The translations under genes were made by a program, and so were the position numbers. The notes under the pieces were generated by a model. That model saw nothing but the letters and a program-made list of their open reading frames with translations. It had not been told where the DNA came from and did no database searches. From an uncultured bacterium (lineage in GTDB: Bacteria > Oederibacteriota > JAAXVQ01 > JAUVAV01), in assembly GCA_963710755.1 (NCBI GenBank), contig CAVQBK010000003.1:704001-768000 (forward strand): a stretch of 64,000 nucleotides of DNA. Direction: 5' to 3'. Below, piece after piece: positions 59,224-64,000 of the stretch. The stretch's first letter is position 1, and each line of letters starts with the position of its first letter.

Positions 59224-59985
59224 GTGGATTACGCCATTGGCTTAGCACTATTGGGAGCGCTCATTGCTTTGGACAATGCCATGTGGGGGCAGTTTATGAT
59301 TGCACAGCCCCTGGTTTCAGGCAGTTTGTTCGGGCTTATTGCCGGGGATGTACAATCAGGCATCCTGGTGGGGGCCACGGTGCAACTGCTCTGGATTGGC
59401 GTGCTACCGGTGGGTGCGTTTATCCCTTCCGACCATAGCGTCACCGGCAGCTTGACAGTCATACTGGCGTTATTTTTAGTGAAAGCGGCGGCCCTGAGTC
59501 TGGGCGAGGCTACGGTATTAGCCCTGGCCGCCTCCATTCCGGCCGGTTATCTCTCGGGCAAACTGGATATCTTGGTACGACAGCTCAACAGTGAATGGAA
59601 TGGGCCGGTGGAGAGGGCACTGGAAAAGTCCTCCGGCAAGCCCATCGTGTGGGCTGCTTGGGCCGGCTTGGGCGCAGCGTTTCTGAGAAATTTTCTTATT
59701 TACATTTTATGGCTGACCGTGGGAGCAGTTTTGCTGGCGGCCATGGCCAAAGGCTTATCTCCGGCTGTCCGGCACGCGTTGGAAATGGTGTTTTGGATGC
59801 TACCGGCCGTTGCCTTGGCGGTCGTGATTGAAGCGGTTATGAAGGAGCGGCTGCTGTGGTGGGTTATGGGAGCCATGACCGTGTCGCTTCCCTTGGCTTT
59901 GCTTTTTTTCCATCACTTGTTTGCTTTATTGATTATTGTGATGGTCATGGCCACGGCCGTGGCGGTCAGGCGGCGCACATGGTAA
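59224..59985 (+). CDS. PTS mannose-family EIIC
   Basis: QPLVSG..GLIAGD..G..VGA..QL.W.G..PVGA motif; multiple TM helices. Confidence 0.88.
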   Translation: MDYAIGLALLGALIALDNAMWGQFMIAQPLVSGSLFGLIAGDVQSGILVGATVQLLWIGVLPVGAFIPSDHSVTGSLTVILALFLVKAAALSLGEATVLALAASIPAGYLSGKLDILVRQLNSEWNGPVERALEKSSGKPIVWAAWAGLGAAFLRNFLIYILWLTVGAVLLAAMAKGLSPAVRHALEMVFWMLPAVALAVVIEAVMKERLLWWVMGAMTVSLPLALLFFHHLFALLIIVMVMATAVAVRRRTW

Positions 59986-60779
59986 ACAAAGCCACCTCCC
60001 TGCTTTCTCGCGGAACCCTGCTCAAGGTGGTCCTGCGTTCTTTTTGGATTCAGAGTTGTTGGAACTTTCGCGGCATGCAGAATATGGGATTTGCATTTGC
60101 GATGGGCCCGGTGATCAAAGCATTATATTTGGCTAATAAAGAGCGGGCCCAGGCTCTTAAACGACATATTGAATTTTTTAATACCCATCCTTATTGCACG
60201 GCCATCATATTGGGGGTGGTGGCCCAGATGGAAGAGGACGGACGCCAGCATCACACTCTGTCAGGCGAGGACATCAGCCGCATTAAAACCGGCATGATGG
60301 GCCCCTTGGCGGCTTTGGGAGATACGGTTTTCTGGGCCAGTTTAAAACCAGCACTGGCCTTGGGCGCCGTGGCCCTGGTACTCACATCCAGGCAGCAGGC
60401 GCTCTGGCAGGATTTGATGGGCGTGGGGGTTTTCTTTGTCCTATACTCAATACCCCATCTGAGTCTGCGGCTAGGCGGAGTGTTTTGGGGGTACCGCCGC
60501 GGACTCATGATCGTTCAGGATTTGCGCAAATTTAATCCCCAATTAATTGCCCGGCGCCTGACCTTTTTTCTGGCCATCGTGAGTGGTGCTTTAATAGTGA
60601 TCTATCCGCTGAGTACGGTAACCTTGGGTATGCAGGAGGCCCTTTTGCCTATCCTGGTATTTCCGGCACTGACGGCGGTGTTTGTTTTGGCGCTGCGACG
60701 CGGTCTCTCGGTGGCGTGGTTGCTCTATACCTTAATCCTGATCGTGCTCCTGTTGGCATGGGCAGGATGGTTAACATGA
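59979..60779 (+). CDS. PTS mannose-family EIID
   Basis: Q..WNF..MQ, RH.EFFNTHP and MGPLAALGD motifs. Confidence 0.92.
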   Translation: MVNKATSLLSRGTLLKVVLRSFWIQSCWNFRGMQNMGFAFAMGPVIKALYLANKERAQALKRHIEFFNTHPYCTAIILGVVAQMEEDGRQHHTLSGEDISRIKTGMMGPLAALGDTVFWASLKPALALGAVALVLTSRQQALWQDLMGVGVFFVLYSIPHLSLRLGGVFWGYRRGLMIVQDLRKFNPQLIARRLTFFLAIVSGALIVIYPLSTVTLGMQEALLPILVFPALTAVFVLALRRGLSVAWLLYTLILIVLLLAWAGWLT

Positions 60780-60799
60780 AACGGTGGTGATGGTGAGCC

Positions 60800-61069
60800 A
60801 TGCTTGAAACGGAAGTTAAGATACAGAACAAACTGGGCATGCATTTGCGGGCGGCCGCAATATTTATTGAGACCGCCAACAAGTTTCAATGTGATGTGTT
60901 CCTGCGCAAGGACGACCGTGAAGTCAATGCCAAGAGTATCATGGGCTTGATGACGCTGGGGGCGGCCTATGGCGCCACGGTGACCATTGTTACTCAAGGC
61001 CAGGATGAAGGGCCGGCTCAGGAAAGTTTGGTCAAAGTGATCGAAAATAAGTTTGGAGAAAAAGAATAG
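60800..61069 (+). CDS. ptsH: Phosphocarrier protein HPr
   Basis: NKLGMHLR (His15) and NAKSIMG (Ser46). Confidence 0.96.
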   Translation: MLETEVKIQNKLGMHLRAAAIFIETANKFQCDVFLRKDDREVNAKSIMGLMTLGAAYGATVTIVTQGQDEGPAQESLVKVIENKFGEKE

Positions 61070-61096
61070 TGTTTTGTCCCGGGAAGGAGTGCCGTT

Positions 61097-62836
61097 GTGA
61101 GTGAAAAAACCGATAAAATGCATGGTGTTGCTGCTTCACCGGGGATTACCATCGGCACGGCCTATGTACTGGGGGCTTCGGAATTTGAAACCAAAAAAGC
61201 CAAATTAACCGAGCCCATGGTGGAAAAGGAACTCGACCGTCTGCAGGCGGCCGTGGACGCCACCCGCAAGGAGATCGAGACCATCAAACAGCGGGTCGCC
61301 CAAGAAGTGGGATTTAAGGAAGCGGAAATTTTCAATGCCTATACCCATATTCTTCAGGATCCCATGCTGATCCAAACCACCATTCAGCAAATCAAGACCA
61401 TGCGCTATAATGCGGAATATATCCTGCAGGAAATTGCCGCTGATCTGGTGGCGCAATTTACCGAGTCCGATGATGAATATATGCAGGAGCGGGCCTCGGA
61501 TATTAATGACGTGGTGGCCAGGTTGTTGCGGAATCTAACCGGTCAAGCCACCACCATGCTTACCGACACGGACAAGGACATTATTATTGTCGCCCGCGAT
61601 TTGACCCCCTCCCAAACCGCTTCGTTGCGGCGGGAAAGGGTCATTGCTTTTGTCACCGATATTGGCGGCAAAACCTCTCATGTGGCCATCATGGCCCGTT
61701 CTTTGGAGATTCCGGCGGTCGTGGGCCTGCGTTCCATAACCGGCCAGGTGCAGACCGGAGACACGCTTGTCGTGGATGGCTATAAAGGGGATGTGCTCAT
61801 CAATCCCTCCTCAGCCCAGCTCAACAGTTACCGTCAGGCTCAGCGCAATATGCTGCAGGCCCAGCGCAAACTGCAAAAATTAAAGGGCGTGACCGCGGTC
61901 ACCAAGGACGGCTACCGGTTGAATGTGGCCATTAATATTGAGATGCCCGATGATGTCAAGCAGGCGCGCAAGTACGGTGCAGAAGGGGTGGGGCTGTTCC
62001 GCACGGAATATATCTTCCTGAACCGTCGCGATCTGCCCAGTGAGGAAGAACAGTTTGAGTCCTACCGCCATGTGGCCAGGCAGAGCCTGCCTTACGCCAC
62101 CATCATCCGCACCCTCGATCTGGGAGGGGATAAATTTCTTTCCCGCCTTAATACCAGGACCGAGGCCAATCCCTTTTTGGGGCTGCGGGCCATTCGTTTA
62201 TGCCTGGCCCATCCCGAATTGTTTAAAACCCAGCTAAAGGCGATTTTAAGGGCCTCCCATTTTGGCAAGATCAAAATGATGTTCCCCATGATTTCCGGGG
62301 TGGAGGAATTGCGCCAGGCCAAAGCCTTGCTTACGGAGGCACAGAAGGAACTGAGCCGCAAACGAGTGCTATTCGACAAGAACATGGAGATCGGAGTCAT
62401 GATTGAGATTCCCTCCGCCGCCATGACGGCGGACGTCCTTTCCAAAGAAGCCAATTTTTTTTCTATTGGCACCAATGATCTGATTCAGTATACCCTGGCG
62501 GCGGACCGGATCAACGAGCAAGTGGCCTACTTGTACAATCCCATTCATCCTTCCATCCTCAGGTTGATCAAACAGGTGATTGTGGCGGCTCGGGAACGGC
62601 GTATCTGGGTAGGCATGTGCGGGGAAATGGCGGCCGATCCCATGCTGACCGGATTACTGGTAGGCTTGGGCTTGGATGAATTTTCCACAGAACCGTCCTT
62701 TGTGCCGCAAGTCAAAAAGAATATTAGGGAAATCAGCTTTGCTGAAAGCAGGGAATTGGCTGACCACATTTTAAAATGCACCACCAGTGATGAGGTGGCC
62801 GCCCTGCTGAAAAGCCATTCCAATGCAGAGGAATAA
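61097..62836 (+). CDS. ptsI: PTS enzyme I
   Basis: TSHVAI, GLFRTE, RTLDLGGDK, SIGTNDL and GMCGE motifs. Confidence 0.98.
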   Translation: MSEKTDKMHGVAASPGITIGTAYVLGASEFETKKAKLTEPMVEKELDRLQAAVDATRKEIETIKQRVAQEVGFKEAEIFNAYTHILQDPMLIQTTIQQIKTMRYNAEYILQEIAADLVAQFTESDDEYMQERASDINDVVARLLRNLTGQATTMLTDTDKDIIIVARDLTPSQTASLRRERVIAFVTDIGGKTSHVAIMARSLEIPAVVGLRSITGQVQTGDTLVVDGYKGDVLINPSSAQLNSYRQAQRNMLQAQRKLQKLKGVTAVTKDGYRLNVAINIEMPDDVKQARKYGAEGVGLFRTEYIFLNRRDLPSEEEQFESYRHVARQSLPYATIIRTLDLGGDKFLSRLNTRTEANPFLGLRAIRLCLAHPELFKTQLKAILRASHFGKIKMMFPMISGVEELRQAKALLTEAQKELSRKRVLFDKNMEIGVMIEIPSAAMTADVLSKEANFFSIGTNDLIQYTLAADRINEQVAYLYNPIHPSILRLIKQVIVAARERRIWVGMCGEMAADPMLTGLLVGLGLDEFSTEPSFVPQVKKNIREISFAESRELADHILKCTTSDEVAALLKSHSNAEE

Positions 62837-62840
62837 ACTC

Positions 62841-63737
62841 ATGACAAGTACACCACGAAGGCACCATACCAAGACCATGAAGATCACCAAAGCCGTGGTT
62901 CCCGCCGCCGGCTTGGGTACCCGGTTTTTGCCGGCCACCAAAGCTCAGCCCAAGGAAATGCTGCCGATCTATGACAAACCGGCCATCCAATATATTATTG
63001 AAGAAGCAGTGGCAGCGGGCATCAAGGATATTCTAGTGATTACCGGGCGGGGCAAACAAGCCATTGAAAATCATTTTGACCGCAGCGTGGAACTGGAGGA
63101 TATCCTGCAGCAATCAGGCAAACGCAAGGATCTGAATACGGTTAAGAAAATTTCGGATATGGTCAACATGTATTATGTGCGGCAAAAAGAAGCGCGCGGA
63201 CTGGGGCATGCGTTGCTTTGCGCCAAAAGTTTTGTGGGAGAGGAACCCTTTGCCGTTTTTTTAGGTGATGATATCATTGATCATCCCAAACCTGCCATGG
63301 CTCAACTCATGGACGTCTGGCAGCGGGTACAGGCACCGGTATTGGCCGTGCAGGAAGTGCCGCTGGAAAGAACTCAAGCCTATGGGATTATCAAGGCCAG
63401 ACAGATAAAGCCCCGCTTGTATAAGGTCAGCGATCTGGTGGAGAAACCCATGCCTGCGGCCGCACCTTCGCGTTTGGGGATCGTGGGACGTTATATCCTG
63501 ACCAATACTATTTTTACTTATCTGGAAAAAACCCGGCCCGGAGCAGGCGGTGAAATTCAATTGACTGACGCTTTGCGTCAGTTGAACGCCCGGCATGATC
63601 TCTATGCCTACCAATTCGAAGGCACGCGTCACGATATCGGCGACAAAATTGAATTTGTCAAGGCGACATTGGCCTTCGCTTTGAAAGACAAAGCTGCGCG
63701 CCCTGCGCTCAAAGAATATTTAAAGACTATTATTTGA
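62841..63737 (+). CDS. galU: UTP-glucose-1-phosphate uridylyltransferase
   Basis: PAAGLGTRFLPATKAQPKEML, VEKP and EIQLTDA motifs; alternative start at 62877. Confidence 0.96.
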   Translation: MTSTPRRHHTKTMKITKAVVPAAGLGTRFLPATKAQPKEMLPIYDKPAIQYIIEEAVAAGIKDILVITGRGKQAIENHFDRSVELEDILQQSGKRKDLNTVKKISDMVNMYYVRQKEARGLGHALLCAKSFVGEEPFAVFLGDDIIDHPKPAMAQLMDVWQRVQAPVLAVQEVPLERTQAYGIIKARQIKPRLYKVSDLVEKPMPAAAPSRLGIVGRYILTNTIFTYLEKTRPGAGGEIQLTDALRQLNARHDLYAYQFEGTRHDIGDKIEFVKATLAFALKDKAARPALKEYLKTII

Positions 63738-63746
63738 TCATTCCTT

Positions 63747-64000
63747 ATGGACTGTTTTATAATTTATACACTCAGCGCCCTGTCCTTTCTAGAAGCTTAT
63801 CGTAATCGGGCGTTTACGGAGGCCATTGCCAAAGCTAACATGCTTCTGGCAGACGGCGTGGGTACAGTTTGGGGATACAAGCAATTACTTCGTATGGCCC
63901 CGGAGAGAATTACCGGGATTGACTTTATTGATGAACTCTGTCGCTTGTGTGTGACCCATGGCCAATCGGTTTATGGCTTGGGTGGTGCGCCCGGTGTGTC
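63747..64000 (+). CDS. WecB/TagA/CpsF family glycosyltransferase (runs off the window; not in the ORF track)
   Basis: Own translation: ...AIAKANMLLADGVGTVW...PERITGIDFIDEL...VYGLGGAPGV. Confidence 0.88.
   Translation, partial: MDCFIIYTLSALSFLEAYRNRAFTEAIAKANMLLADGVGTVWGYKQLLRMAPERITGIDFIDELCRLCVTHGQSVYGLGGAPGV

Noticed and set aside
665-63632. Numerous antisense and alternate-frame ORFs in the track (e.g. 4186..4896, 11082..11762, 29498..30115)
   Set aside because: They shadow well-supported genes and carry no recognisable motifs
1-64000. CRISPR array, rRNA, prophage
   Set aside because: No regularly spaced repeats, rRNA motifs or phage genes recognised

Overview
A 64-kb bacterial chromosome segment made mostly of housekeeping genes and almost entirely + strand. 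In order: the 3' part of a B12-dependent methionine synthase, fhs, tRNA-Val(CAC), tmk-holB-PSP1-metG-TatD/radical SAM, a trp operon split by two inserted genes, accD-folC, lysA-dapF-dapA-dapB, folK-dNK-panBCD-nadA-nadX, mnmA, uvrA, and a long rpoN-hpf-ptsN-hprK-rapZ-yvcK-mannose-type PTS-ptsH-ptsI-galU-WecB/TagA cluster. The accessory part is about 32.8-45 kb. It holds a decayed duplicate of a downstream gene pair, an ISL3 transposase remnant and a TetR/methyltransferase cassette. These are followed by a tightly packed run of genes: a secreted protein, an FGase-like protein, a frameshifted nfo, a transglutaminase-like protein, a GT2-DUF2062 fusion and a C45-like protein. Several full-length enzyme homologues here appear to have lost catalytic residues. 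Several intergenic regions, notably upstream of mnmA and between yvcK and PTS IIA, fold into long multi-stem structures that I cannot assign to known RNA families. I saw no CRISPR array, rRNA, prophage or intact mobile element. All family calls come from motif recognition by eye, not database searches.
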